This document shows, piece by piece, positions 54,389 to 63,820 of a stretch of DNA of 64,000 bases. Source of the DNA: Candidatus Latescibacterota bacterium (GTDB lineage: Bacteria > Latescibacterota > UBA2968 > UBA8231); NCBI GenBank assembly GCA_965203175.1, contig OZ241867.1:1568001-1632000 (forward strand). The letters run 5' to 3'. A program made the translations under genes and the position numbers. Within the stretch, counting starts at the first letter, position 1. Each line of letters starts with the position of its first letter. Below the pieces are notes generated by a model. It did not search any database. It saw nothing but the letters and a program-made list of their open reading frames with translations, and was not told where the DNA came from.

Positions 54389-55522
54389 ATGAGTTCTTCC
54401 CGCTTTAAATCTCCCGCTTCCGATTTCGATGTCGCCGAATTGGTCCGTCGCCTGCGCCGAGGCCTGCTCCTGTCCTTGGCGCTAGCCGTCGGCCTCATGT
54501 TGGTCTTCGTTGCTCTCAACCCCTTTCGACAAGTCGAGATCAAAGCCCCTCGGCCTCTCAGCACCAAATTTATCAAGCGCGAACCCCGCTTGACCAAGCC
54601 CTTAGAACTGCGCAAGATCCCCAAGCCCAAGCGCCAGCTAGCCCGCCGCCAAGTCCACTTGGCCGCCGCCCGCCTAGATCAAGTGCAGGCCACGACCAAC
54701 TTCAATGTCCGCTCATTGATTTCCAGCCACGTCGGCAACTCGGGTATTAGCTTGTTCAAGCCGATTACCGATAACAATACGAACAGCCTTGGACTCGAGC
54801 CCAAGCTCGTCTCCACCTCGGTGACCAGTACGCGGATGCCGGAACACAAAATCGACATGGCCTTGGAGATGCTCGATGTCAACAGCATGGATACCGGCCG
54901 CTACCGGGCCATGGTCGTGCAGGACGCCGGCGATCCCCAGGCGATCAAGGGCTTCATCAAAATAGCCCATGTGATTTCGGCCCGCGCCGTTACCGATCAA
55001 ATACAGGGCTACAGCAATTTGAATCTGCGCTCAATCGATGCTTTGTGCGACGTCATCAATGAATACACCGGGCTCGAAGCCAAGTTTATCGGCACGATCA
55101 CCTACGACGACAAACGCCTACTTGAACTGCCCATTCTCATCCCCCAGGGGTCCCTCAACGAGACCGAGATGGAAAACTATGCCCGCTATATGCTGTCCGG
55201 GGGCTTCATTATGGGAGGCTACCATCCCGAAGCCTTGGTAAAGTACGGAGGCTTAGTAGAAGGGTATGATTTCTGGTCCGAACGCCTACTCCCGGACCAT
55301 CCTATTTTCAGTGCCTTTTTCTCTCTAAAAGGTGGCACTGGGGGCCATGTTGACTGGAGAGATATTGTCAACGGGTACTTCATCCGCGACCGGATGGTCG
55401 GTATTGGCAACGTAGGCTGGGGCAGCAACCCGCGCTACAATCAGATGGCGGTTAACGTGATCGTCTATGCCCTGACCCAAGAAGGCTCCATCACCCAACG
55501 CCTCATGCAGGGGGTCAACTGA
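54389..55522 (+). CDS. Membrane-anchored DUF4159-like protein
   Basis: N-terminal TM; C-terminal YMLSGGF, LPDHPIFSAFF, MAVNVIVYALTQEG. Confidence 0.6.
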   Translation: MSSSRFKSPASDFDVAELVRRLRRGLLLSLALAVGLMLVFVALNPFRQVEIKAPRPLSTKFIKREPRLTKPLELRKIPKPKRQLARRQVHLAAARLDQVQATTNFNVRSLISSHVGNSGISLFKPITDNNTNSLGLEPKLVSTSVTSTRMPEHKIDMALEMLDVNSMDTGRYRAMVVQDAGDPQAIKGFIKIAHVISARAVTDQIQGYSNLNLRSIDALCDVINEYTGLEAKFIGTITYDDKRLLELPILIPQGSLNETEMENYARYMLSGGFIMGGYHPEALVKYGGLVEGYDFWSERLLPDHPIFSAFFSLKGGTGGHVDWRDIVNGYFIRDRMVGIGNVGWGSNPRYNQMAVNVIVYALTQEGSITQRLMQGVN

Positions 55523-55598
55523 GATTAGTTGTCCTCGGCTTTACAAGATCGGTTCGTCTCCTATACTCACAGAACAACACTTTCCCGAGAGATATCCC

Positions 55599-56405
55599 AT
55601 GGCCATGACCGAAGAAGAACGCTTTCGCTTTGACCTCACCGGCTTTTTGGTGCGCCCCGCCATCCTGAAGCCCGATGAAGTCGCCGCCATCGTCGATCAG
55701 ATCAACCGCATCAAACACGACCCCGAATCGCTGCCGCCCGAACACCGCGACGTGCCCGGTGGCCCGGCCAGCGTACTGATTGACCATCCCCAAGTGGTCG
55801 ATGTAATTCGGGAGATAATTGGTCCTGATATCCGGCTGGAAGGCTGTAGCTGCGTCTGGCGCAAAAAGGGCGAGGAGCACGGCGGGCTACACGGGGGCGG
55901 CCCAGGTCAAGCCGATCCCATCTTTGGCTACCGAGTGAAGAACGGGCGCATCCACGCCGGTATGGTGCGGGTTATTTTTGAATTGACCGATATCGCGCTA
56001 GAAGATCAGAGCACTCATTTCTTAATCGGCAGCCACAAATCGGAATTCCCCATCCACGAAGACCACCTGTCGCTGGAAGAAGGCAAGCGCAGTCCCTTCC
56101 TCACCACGTACGCTTGCCCGGCCGGCAGCGCGGTCTTTTTTACCGAGAACTTGTGCCACGCCGGGCCGGTGTGGCACCGCGACACTCCGCGCGTCACTGT
56201 ATTAAACGCCTATTCGCATTTGGCTACCCACTGGCACCGGCTGAAGATCCCCCCGGCGGTGCTGCACAGTCTGCCGCGCGAAAAGCAGGCTTATTTCCGC
56301 CAGCCTTGGATCGCCGATTTCCGCACCAGCCCGGCGACCCACAATACCACCGAGCGCTTCTTAGACAAAGACGAAGCGCCCGTCGACACGGATCATACGC
56401 CCTAG
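55599..56405 (+). CDS. PhyH-like Fe/2OG enzyme with HxG motif
   Basis: FDLTGFL, LHGG in place of HxD, GSHK, AGSAVFFTE.LCH, R. Confidence 0.75.
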   Translation: MAMTEEERFRFDLTGFLVRPAILKPDEVAAIVDQINRIKHDPESLPPEHRDVPGGPASVLIDHPQVVDVIREIIGPDIRLEGCSCVWRKKGEEHGGLHGGGPGQADPIFGYRVKNGRIHAGMVRVIFELTDIALEDQSTHFLIGSHKSEFPIHEDHLSLEEGKRSPFLTTYACPAGSAVFFTENLCHAGPVWHRDTPRVTVLNAYSHLATHWHRLKIPPAVLHSLPREKQAYFRQPWIADFRTSPATHNTTERFLDKDEAPVDTDHTP

Positions 56406-56459
56406 GGCGTCTAAACCAATCGAAGCTGGCAGATACAATCGCGGGTTGTGAATTTCCAG

Positions 56460-57581
56460 CTAGAAACGCGCCGCTGAAAGAGGCCCGGGGTCGCGTCCAT
56501 CCAGAGCCAGTTCCACCATGCGCTCGGCGGCCAGCAGGCCAATGGAGTTGCCGTAGCCGCTAAAACCGAGGGCAAAGACTGCGTCGGGCAGGTCCGAGAG
56601 CGCGCCGACAGCTACCCGGCGATCCGGTGTGAAGCCGTGGATGCCAGCCCAGTGGCGCTCGACTTCAAAGGAGATGCCCGGGAACCAGTGGCGCAAATAG
56701 GCCTCGAGGTGCTGTATCAGGTTGGGGGTGACGGCGTCCTCGGCGGTGTACTCCTGCTCCTCAAAAAAAGCCCGGGCACCGCCAATCATCAAACGTCCAT
56801 CTTCAAGTTGGCGGAAGTAATCGTACTCAGTGATGCCGGCGACTTGAAGCAGCGGTTCCACCGGGGTAGTGATGAGGATCTGGCCGCGCACGGGGCGCAC
56901 GATGCGGCGCAAGTGCGGGTGCATATCGCAGCCGTACCCATTGGTGGCGATGTACACCTTGCGGCAGCGGATGTGGGCGCGGCGCCCGCGCACTATCAGT
57001 CCCTGGCCCTCTGGTTCGATGCGATAGACCTCATTGTGGTCGTAAAAGGTGGCCCCAGAAGCAGCGGCAATGGCCTCGGTGAGGCGCGCCGGCTGCACCA
57101 TGAAATCGCCTTCCACCTGTAGAGATGCCGCGTACCCAGCGCCGTAGGGATCGCTGTGAGCAAACTCGACCTCAACGCCGTCGGCGGCAAAGGCGCGGGC
57201 CCACTTTTCCAGTTCGCGAGCATCGGCTTGGGTTTCGGCGAGGTGGATGGCACCCTCTTCCCAGGGCACCTCGTACTGCTTGGCCAAGGCGCGCATGCGG
57301 GCGACGTTGTCGCACACCATGTCGAGGATTTGGCGGGCGGCTGGGCGGCCCACTTGGGCGATGAGAGTGGGGTACGTCTCGCGCTGCGAGGTCAGCACAA
57401 AGCCGGCATTGCGGCCCGAGGCACCGGAGGCCACAAAGCGGGCGTCAACTAGGGCGACGTCGCGGCCCCGCTGGTGCAGCAGGGTGGCTGCGTACGAGCC
57501 GACAATGCCGGCACCAATCACCACATCGTCGTGTTCGGCCTGCTGTGGCTCGGATACTTCTTGCCATTTAGATACGGTCAT
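56460..57581 (-). CDS. FAD-dependent oxidoreductase (DAO/PuuB-like)
   Basis: VVIGAGIVG, GASGRNAG, YFRQ, WAG, GFSGYG. Confidence 0.88.
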   Translation of the reverse strand: MTVSKWQEVSEPQQAEHDDVVIGAGIVGSYAATLLHQRGRDVALVDARFVASGASGRNAGFVLTSQRETYPTLIAQVGRPAARQILDMVCDNVARMRALAKQYEVPWEEGAIHLAETQADARELEKWARAFAADGVEVEFAHSDPYGAGYAASLQVEGDFMVQPARLTEAIAAASGATFYDHNEVYRIEPEGQGLIVRGRRAHIRCRKVYIATNGYGCDMHPHLRRIVRPVRGQILITTPVEPLLQVAGITEYDYFRQLEDGRLMIGGARAFFEEQEYTAEDAVTPNLIQHLEAYLRHWFPGISFEVERHWAGIHGFTPDRRVAVGALSDLPDAVFALGFSGYGNSIGLLAAERMVELALDGRDPGPLSAARF

Positions 57582-57651
57582 AGGACCTCCAAGGTAAGGT
57601 TAGCTACTCCGGAATCGCCCTCAGTTGCACAGATCCATCGTTGGATCGCCC

Positions 57652-58629
57652 TCACCCCTCCTGCTTCTCCATATCGCCTCCACTCGCTACCATGCGCTCG
57701 GGAGCGCCATTCGCATCGGTCGCCAACGCTGCGCACAGCGTGCCGAACTCGGGGCGGGCAAAGGGCAGATGGGTCCGGCCTCGCGCCAGAATGTGCTTGT
57801 AATTAGCCGCCGGTCCCTCATAGGGTGCTCCGTGGTTCCACGGCACCCAAGAGCGGGCGTTGCAATAGTGGCTGACAAAAGCCCGACGCCAGCGGTCGGG
57901 CGACTGATTGGGATGGGAGCGGTGCAGAAGGTGCGGATGGAAGAACACCACATCGCCGGCCTCAACCACCACCGGCACTGCATCACCGTAGTGCCGCGCC
58001 ACTCTCGACAGCGTATTGACCTCGTCGTCGAGATGGCTAATCCCCTCTACAGTCTCAATCTCATCAAAAGCTCCCTCGGCGTGGACCAGATGTCCCCGGC
58101 CTTCGTCTGGATAAATAGGCTCGTGGTTTGAGCCGGGCGCGACCCACAGACAGCCGTTCTCCTCGTCGGCCCGCTCCAAGGCCAACCAAGCGCCGATAAG
58201 AGTGTCCGGGTACGTCGTAATATAATAGGAATCTTGGTGCCAACCCTGTCCGCCCATGCCCGGCGCATTGAAAAACTGCATAGTCTGCAAAGCCAGCACA
58301 TCCGGCCCGATGAGCGCCTCCAAAACGTCCAAGACGCGCGGGTGCAACAAAAAGCGTTCGCAGGTGGCGTCCCAGCGGTGCAGTTGATGCACCCGCGTGA
58401 AACGCTGCACCAACTCCTCGTCCGTCGCCTCAGGAGACGGAGGCTCCTGACCGGGAACGTCGATTTGGCCCTTGAGCATGGCCATGACGTGCGCTTTGAG
58501 TTCTTCCACTTCTTCCAGATCGACCAAGCGCTCGACGACTAGGAACCCCTGTTTCTGATACTGGGCGTATTCCGCTGTGGAAACTTTGTAGCGATCAGGC
58601 CGCTGGTCGGCCACTGGTTTATAGCTCAT
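57652..58629 (-). CDS. PhyH-family dioxygenase
   Basis: QGWHQD, ENGCL.VAPGS, GDVVFFH..LLHRS, RR. Confidence 0.88.
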   Translation of the reverse strand: MSYKPVADQRPDRYKVSTAEYAQYQKQGFLVVERLVDLEEVEELKAHVMAMLKGQIDVPGQEPPSPEATDEELVQRFTRVHQLHRWDATCERFLLHPRVLDVLEALIGPDVLALQTMQFFNAPGMGGQGWHQDSYYITTYPDTLIGAWLALERADEENGCLWVAPGSNHEPIYPDEGRGHLVHAEGAFDEIETVEGISHLDDEVNTLSRVARHYGDAVPVVVEAGDVVFFHPHLLHRSHPNQSPDRWRRAFVSHYCNARSWVPWNHGAPYEGPAANYKHILARGRTHLPFARPEFGTLCAALATDANGAPERMVASGGDMEKQEG

Positions 58630-58654
58630 TTTTCCCTCCGCGTTGGCAATCCTC

Positions 58655-59683
58655 TCACAGCTTCTCCCGCACGGCCCTCACCCCAGCCACCATGTTCTCT
58701 AGCTTCTGCCGCGCTGCCCAGCGCGCCGTTTGGCTCAGCCCGCAATCGGGCGCAAAGGAGAGCTTGTCGGCCGGGGCATATTTCAAGCATGCCTCCACCC
58801 GCGCCGCAATGTCCTCTACGGTTTCAATATAATAGCTCTTCACATCGACGATTCCCACGGCCACATCCATCTTTGCGACAATCTGGCCGATGATCTCCAG
58901 TTCGGCGAACTCGCGGCTGGCCATCTCGACGTGCATCTCATCGACCTGCATGTCCAAGAAGGCCGGGAACATGGGCGCGTAGCGGCGCAGTCCCACGGCG
59001 CGGCCCTTGTAGTTGCCAAAGCACAGGTGGGTCGAGAGCCGGCACTTGCCCGCGACGGATTCGACCGTGCGGTTGAAGATATCGACGAAGCGCGCTGGAT
59101 CCTCGCGGTGGGCATAGCAACTCATCGACGGCTCATCAACGGTCAGCTCGGTGCAACCCGCCGCACAGAGAGCCTCCAACTCGCTCCGCACAATCGGCAA
59201 CAGCGCCTCGGTCACGGCCCAGCGGTCCGGGTACTGGTCGTTGGGGACCAGTCGGCCACTCAACGTGTAGGGCCCCGGCACACTGGCCTTGAGCGTCGGC
59301 CCTGCTGGTGCCAACCGCTTGAGCCGTGCAAACTCCGCCACTGCGCCCAAGCCGTGCGGCGCTTGCAACAGTCCAGTGATTGCGTGACGTCCTCGCTGGT
59401 CGTGGGCGGGTGGGCCGAAGCGCCTCGGCGGTGCGGACTCTAGGTCAATACCTTCGAGATAGCCGTAAAAGGAGAGGTTAAAATCAAAGCGGGTCTGCTC
59501 GCCATCGGTGACCACGTCCAACCCAGCGCGCACTTGGTCGCCGAGCGCGGCAACGACTGCGTCGTCCTGCATCTCGGCAATATCGTCCGGCCCAAAGGCA
59601 TCGAGGTGCTCAGCCGCGTGTTCGAGCCAGCTCGGGAAGGGGTAAGAGCCGATGACGGTGGTGAGCAAGGGACACTCTTTCAC
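58655..59683 (-). CDS. Cobalamin-independent methionine synthase II family (MetE C-terminal-domain-only) protein
   Basis: TTVIGSYP, TDGEQ.R, DEP, HLCFGN, PDCGL; GTG at 59683 overlaps the ROK stop. Confidence 0.85.
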   Translation of the reverse strand: MKECPLLTTVIGSYPFPSWLEHAAEHLDAFGPDDIAEMQDDAVVAALGDQVRAGLDVVTDGEQTRFDFNLSFYGYLEGIDLESAPPRRFGPPAHDQRGRHAITGLLQAPHGLGAVAEFARLKRLAPAGPTLKASVPGPYTLSGRLVPNDQYPDRWAVTEALLPIVRSELEALCAAGCTELTVDEPSMSCYAHREDPARFVDIFNRTVESVAGKCRLSTHLCFGNYKGRAVGLRRYAPMFPAFLDMQVDEMHVEMASREFAELEIIGQIVAKMDVAVGIVDVKSYYIETVEDIAARVEACLKYAPADKLSFAPDCGLSQTARWAARQKLENMVAGVRAVREKL

Positions 59684-60657
59684 GGCTGGCCTCCATCGAC
59701 CTTTTCCCAAGCAATTGCCGCGGTACCCAAAACGCCGGCGTGGTCGCGCAGCTTGGACAGCACGACCGGCACGCCTGCGCCCGCTGGATGGCGGAATAAA
59801 TGTTCGTTCACTTGCTTTTGCAGCGGTGCGAGAAAGTGCTCGGCCGCATTGGTCGCCCCGCCGCTGAGGATGATGCGCTGGGGAGCGTACACGTGTACTG
59901 CACTCACCAGCAGCCAGCCCAGATTGCGGGTCCAGTGCTCCAGCTCGTCAATGCAGAGCCGATCTTGGCGCTTCACGCCGCGGATTATGGCCTTGAAATC
60001 GATCGCGTTGGAGTCCTTGAAGTACTGGTCGCTCAAGACCGAGGGAATGCCGCGCGCCAGCCCGTCCCGCACCTGCTGAGTCAGCGCCGTGGCCGAGCAC
60101 ATCATCTCGGCGGTACCCCGCGCATTGGTCAGGCACAGCCGCCCGCCGAGAGCCTGCATGACGATATGGCTCATCTGGGTCCCGAACTGGAGATGCGGGT
60201 CGCGCAGAATTTTGCCGTCGAGCAAGACCCCAGAGCCAACGCCCGTGCCAATGGTGATCGTCACCGCCCAGTCCAAATCCCGCGCTAGGCCGTAGTACCG
60301 CTCGGCGTAGATGGAGACGCGGCCGTCGTTGTCGGCGATGACAGGAATCCCCGTGGCCTTGGCCAGCCGTTTGACAATGGGATAGCCCTCCAGTCCCTTG
60401 ATCTTCCCCGGCATGTACACCACGCCGACCTCGGGATCCACGGCCCCGGGAAAGCCCAAGCCAATGGCCTGCGGCTTGCCGCCCAGCTTCTGGGAAATCC
60501 GCGCTACTTCATCCTTGAGCGTCTTGAGCAAATTGCCCATGCCCAGCGCAAACCCCGACGGATTGATGCCCGGTGCCAGCATCCGCCCGCCCCGCGTCAC
60601 CGCGCCGCTTTTGGCTCGGGTGCCGCCCACGTCAAAACCAATGACATAGTCTTTCAT
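59680..60657 (-). CDS. ROK-family sugar kinase
   Basis: GFDVGGT, GFPG, DND, TIGTGVGSG, LSGG. Confidence 0.88.
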   Translation of the reverse strand: MKDYVIGFDVGGTRAKSGAVTRGGRMLAPGINPSGFALGMGNLLKTLKDEVARISQKLGGKPQAIGLGFPGAVDPEVGVVYMPGKIKGLEGYPIVKRLAKATGIPVIADNDGRVSIYAERYYGLARDLDWAVTITIGTGVGSGVLLDGKILRDPHLQFGTQMSHIVMQALGGRLCLTNARGTAEMMCSATALTQQVRDGLARGIPSVLSDQYFKDSNAIDFKAIIRGVKRQDRLCIDELEHWTRNLGWLLVSAVHVYAPQRIILSGGATNAAEHFLAPLQKQVNEHLFRHPAGAGVPVVLSKLRDHAGVLGTAAIAWEKVDGGQP

Positions 60658-60671
60658 GAGTCCTCCTTGCG

Positions 60672-61451
60672 TCAACTGACGCACCAACCTGCATCTACGG
60701 TCACCACCGTTCCGGTAATCGCCCGCGCCCGGTCTCCCAGCAAAAAGACCGCCATCCCCGCCACATCCGCCGCGCTCATCATCGCCCCGAGCGGCTGCTT
60801 GTCGCGCATAAACGCCATGATCTCTGCGCTTTCCCCGGCCCGCTTGCTCATGGGCGTCTCCACCAGCGCCGGCGCAATGGCATTGACCCGAATCCCGTGT
60901 GGCGCGTAGTAGCTGGCCATAGCCTTGCTCAGCGACACAATCGCCCCCTTGCTAGCCGCATAAGCGTGCGAGGCAAAAAACTTCCGCTCCGGCGCAAAGG
61001 CCAACACACTTGCCATGTTGAGAATCGCCCCGCGCGCTCCGTCTTCGCGCGATTCCTGGGTCAACATCTGTTGCAGCACGGCGCGGCACACCAAAAACAC
61101 GCTCTTGGCGTTGGCGTCCAATGTCGCGTCCCACCCCTCCTCAGTACACTCGTGCAGCGGCCCATCGCCAAAGCGCCGCCCGCTGATCCCCGCTACATTG
61201 AACAACCCGTCGATCCGCCCCCACTTTTCGACGCAGGCCCGCACGGCCTCGGCGACCTGTTCCCACTGCGTCAGGTCGGCTGCCCGGTGCGCCCCCTGCT
61301 TTCCCAGCTTCTCGGCCAAGGCCCGACAGTTTGCTTCCGTCCGCGAGGTGACAAATACGCTGGCCCCCTCCTCGGCCGCGTGCAGAGCCGTGGCCTCGGC
61401 GATGCCGGTAGAGCCGGTAATTAGACAAACCTTGTTGTCGAGAGTGCCCAC
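60672..61451 (-). CDS. Short-chain dehydrogenase/reductase
   Basis: TGSTGIA, NVAG, YAASK, IRVNAIAP. Confidence 0.9.
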   Translation of the reverse strand: MGTLDNKVCLITGSTGIAEATALHAAEEGASVFVTSRTEANCRALAEKLGKQGAHRAADLTQWEQVAEAVRACVEKWGRIDGLFNVAGISGRRFGDGPLHECTEEGWDATLDANAKSVFLVCRAVLQQMLTQESREDGARGAILNMASVLAFAPERKFFASHAYAASKGAIVSLSKAMASYYAPHGIRVNAIAPALVETPMSKRAGESAEIMAFMRDKQPLGAMMSAADVAGMAVFLLGDRARAITGTVVTVDAGWCVS

Positions 61452-61501
61452 AGGTCAGTGGCAGGGGTTTGTAAATGAGGCGTTGGAACGGAAATTGATT
61501 A

Positions 61502-62272
61502 CTACTCGTACAAATGCTTGAGGCTCTTGCGGTACCCCTCGTAAAACCGCTCTAGCTGCTCTTCCGCGCTTACGTTGCCGACAAACTGATGGCTCGGCAA
61601 TAGCTCCGGCTTGATCCCCCGCGCCAACAACCGCTCGGCCACCTCGCAGCGCAGCATATTCATCATCATCGCGCCGGTCACCGTCGATACCGGCCCAGTC
61701 CGCCACTCCAACCCCTCTAGCTCAATTACGCAGTCCCCCGGCGGACACTGGTTGTCGAGGACGACATCGGCCACATCCATCAGCTTCTTGCCCGACGAGT
61801 GCGCTGGCGGCGATTGGTCGCCGTGCGGTTTCGACAGCATGGCGATCACGGGCAAGCCCCGCGCCTTAGCGCCCATGGCCATCTCGACGATCAGGGGCCG
61901 AATGCCGCTGGTCGAAATCAAGATAAAGGCATCGTGCTGCCCGAATTCGAACCCTTGGAGAATCTCCTCGGCGTAGCCTTCGTACTTCTCTAAAAAGAGC
62001 GGCCCGCGCAACCCGTTGGCGCCGACGATTGACGCATGGTTCGATACCGCTAGCTCGACCAACGCAAAAAAGCCCACGAAACATCCCTGGCGCGGCGTCA
62101 TCTCCTCGCACATCATCCGCGAGTGCCCAGCGCCAAAGAGAAAGACCAACCCGCCGTTGGCAATGCTCTCGGTGCAGATTGCCGCGGCCCGGTCGATAGA
62201 GTTCATTTGCGTATCGCGCAAACGTTGCAACAGCTCCATCGTCTGCGCGTAGTACTCTTCAGCAGCGCTCAT
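61502..62272 (-). CDS. SIS-domain (sugar isomerase) protein
   Basis: FGAGHS, ISTSG, HSSGKKL...DVVLDN..P.GD. Confidence 0.85.
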   Translation of the reverse strand: MSAAEEYYAQTMELLQRLRDTQMNSIDRAAAICTESIANGGLVFLFGAGHSRMMCEEMTPRQGCFVGFFALVELAVSNHASIVGANGLRGPLFLEKYEGYAEEILQGFEFGQHDAFILISTSGIRPLIVEMAMGAKARGLPVIAMLSKPHGDQSPPAHSSGKKLMDVADVVLDNQCPPGDCVIELEGLEWRTGPVSTVTGAMMMNMLRCEVAERLLARGIKPELLPSHQFVGNVSAEEQLERFYEGYRKSLKHLYE

Positions 62273-62290
62273 GCGCGTGATTTCTCCTGT

Positions 62291-63229
62291 TCAAAGCGCC
62301 GCAGCCTCAAATGCGGCGATGGTTTCATCTGCTACGGTGGCCGTGGCGGCCGCGACGTTCCGCTCTAGCTGCTCGATGTTCAGCGAGCCGATGGGATTGC
62401 CGTGAATGCGCTCCTCGCGCAGGCAAAATTGCAACGTCAGTTCCAGCATGTCGATGCCCTGCTCGTTGCACCACAAGCGCATGGCCTCGGCCCGGTGCTG
62501 GTCTTCGCCCCACTTGTCGCGCGGTATAAAGCGCTCCACGGGCACGCCCGTCAGCCAGCCGCGCATGATTGACCAGCCGTTGAGTACTCCGAGGTCGGCG
62601 GTCGCAGCCGCTGGCAGGATGGCATCGGTTGCGCTCTGCCGGAGCAAGTTGTAGTCGCTGAAGCACAGTATCGCGTCGGTGCGACCCGACGCAATGTGCG
62701 CGAGGTGAAAGTCGTGGGGCCTCATGCCATAGCCAATGAAGTCCACGGCGTCCTGCTGGCGCATCCGTTCCAGCCCTTCGAGCGCTCCACCTGCCTCAAG
62801 GGTCGGTTCGATTTCGGACGGGTCGTGGAGGAAGAGCGCGTCGAATTTCTCGATCCCCAAAACTTCTAGCTGATCTTCGGCATCGGCCAAGGCCCGTGCC
62901 GCCGAATAGTCGGGCCGCCCTTCGCCGTAGCCACCCCACGCAGCGGCGCTGTGACAGCATACGCGCCCGCTGATGATGATCTCGCTGCGAGCGATGACAC
63001 CTTCCTTGATCGCGCGGCCCAACTTGCGCAGTGAGTCGCCGTAGCAGCGGGCGCAGTCGAAGTGATTGACGCCCAAATCGATGGCTCGGCGCATCAGGGC
63101 CATGGCCTCTTCGTCGTCAACCGGCCCGAAGTGGCCGCCAAAGCCTTGCGTTCCGAATGGAACTACTGGTATGGAAAGCTCGGTCTTGCCCCAGCGGCGG
63201 CGGGGACAGCAGTTTTTTTCTAGGCTCAT
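62291..63229 (-). CDS. Aldo/keto reductase
   Basis: RRWGKT, GVNHFDCARCYG, LFLHDP, YNLL, IG...EQLERN. Confidence 0.88.
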   Translation of the reverse strand: MSLEKNCCPRRRWGKTELSIPVVPFGTQGFGGHFGPVDDEEAMALMRRAIDLGVNHFDCARCYGDSLRKLGRAIKEGVIARSEIIISGRVCCHSAAAWGGYGEGRPDYSAARALADAEDQLEVLGIEKFDALFLHDPSEIEPTLEAGGALEGLERMRQQDAVDFIGYGMRPHDFHLAHIASGRTDAILCFSDYNLLRQSATDAILPAAATADLGVLNGWSIMRGWLTGVPVERFIPRDKWGEDQHRAEAMRLWCNEQGIDMLELTLQFCLREERIHGNPIGSLNIEQLERNVAAATATVADETIAAFEAAAL

Positions 63230-63453
63230 GACGCCTCCTTTACAGGGCGTTTAGCGGAAGCGCCTTTTTCGCGCTGTGGCAGAGGGTGAAAGTACTATAT
63301 ACCGAGGGCAGAACACGCAAAACCCGCCGAGCAGGCGGTCCCATCCTCAGCCTCCTCTCAGTCGGCGAGTTAGGCGACCGACAGCGCGACGGCTATATGT
63401 TGGCTTTTTCGTTGGCGACGAGCCCACAAGGGCTGTCGTTAGCGGCAGGCGAT

Positions 63454-63699
63454 TCAGACCTCGTCTGAGTCCACACCTTCTTCCGGCGCGAGGACAATGC
63501 GCCCCTCGGCAAAATCCAGCATGGCACTGGCCGACGAATTGGGCAGTTCGTCTTCGGGAATTGCGCCTTCGGCTTCTTTCATTTTGCGCTCTATGTTAAT
63601 GTCTCGTGCGCGTTGCGACAGGCTACGACAGGCTTGAAAGGCGTTGATTTCGCCTTCCAGCTTGAGGGCGACTTCCCGAGAAAACATCGACTTAGCCAT
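63454..63699 (-). CDS. rpoZ: RNA polymerase omega subunit-like protein
   Basis: 81 aa; NAFQAC..LSQRARDIN ... LPNSSASAMLDFAEGRI resembles omega N.Y.....A.RA.QI...KP...A..E...G.I. Confidence 0.55.
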   Translation of the reverse strand: MAKSMFSREVALKLEGEINAFQACRSLSQRARDINIERKMKEAEGAIPEDELPNSSASAMLDFAEGRIVLAPEEGVDSDEV

Positions 63700-63820
63700 T
63701 GTAACTCCCGAGGTAAAAGGTGAATGGGGACGGAAATTATTACAAAACTATAAAAGTTATGCGATTTTGCTAAAACGGGCAACTTTCACGGGTGGCCGAG
63801 CGGCCCGACAGCAGGGCGTT

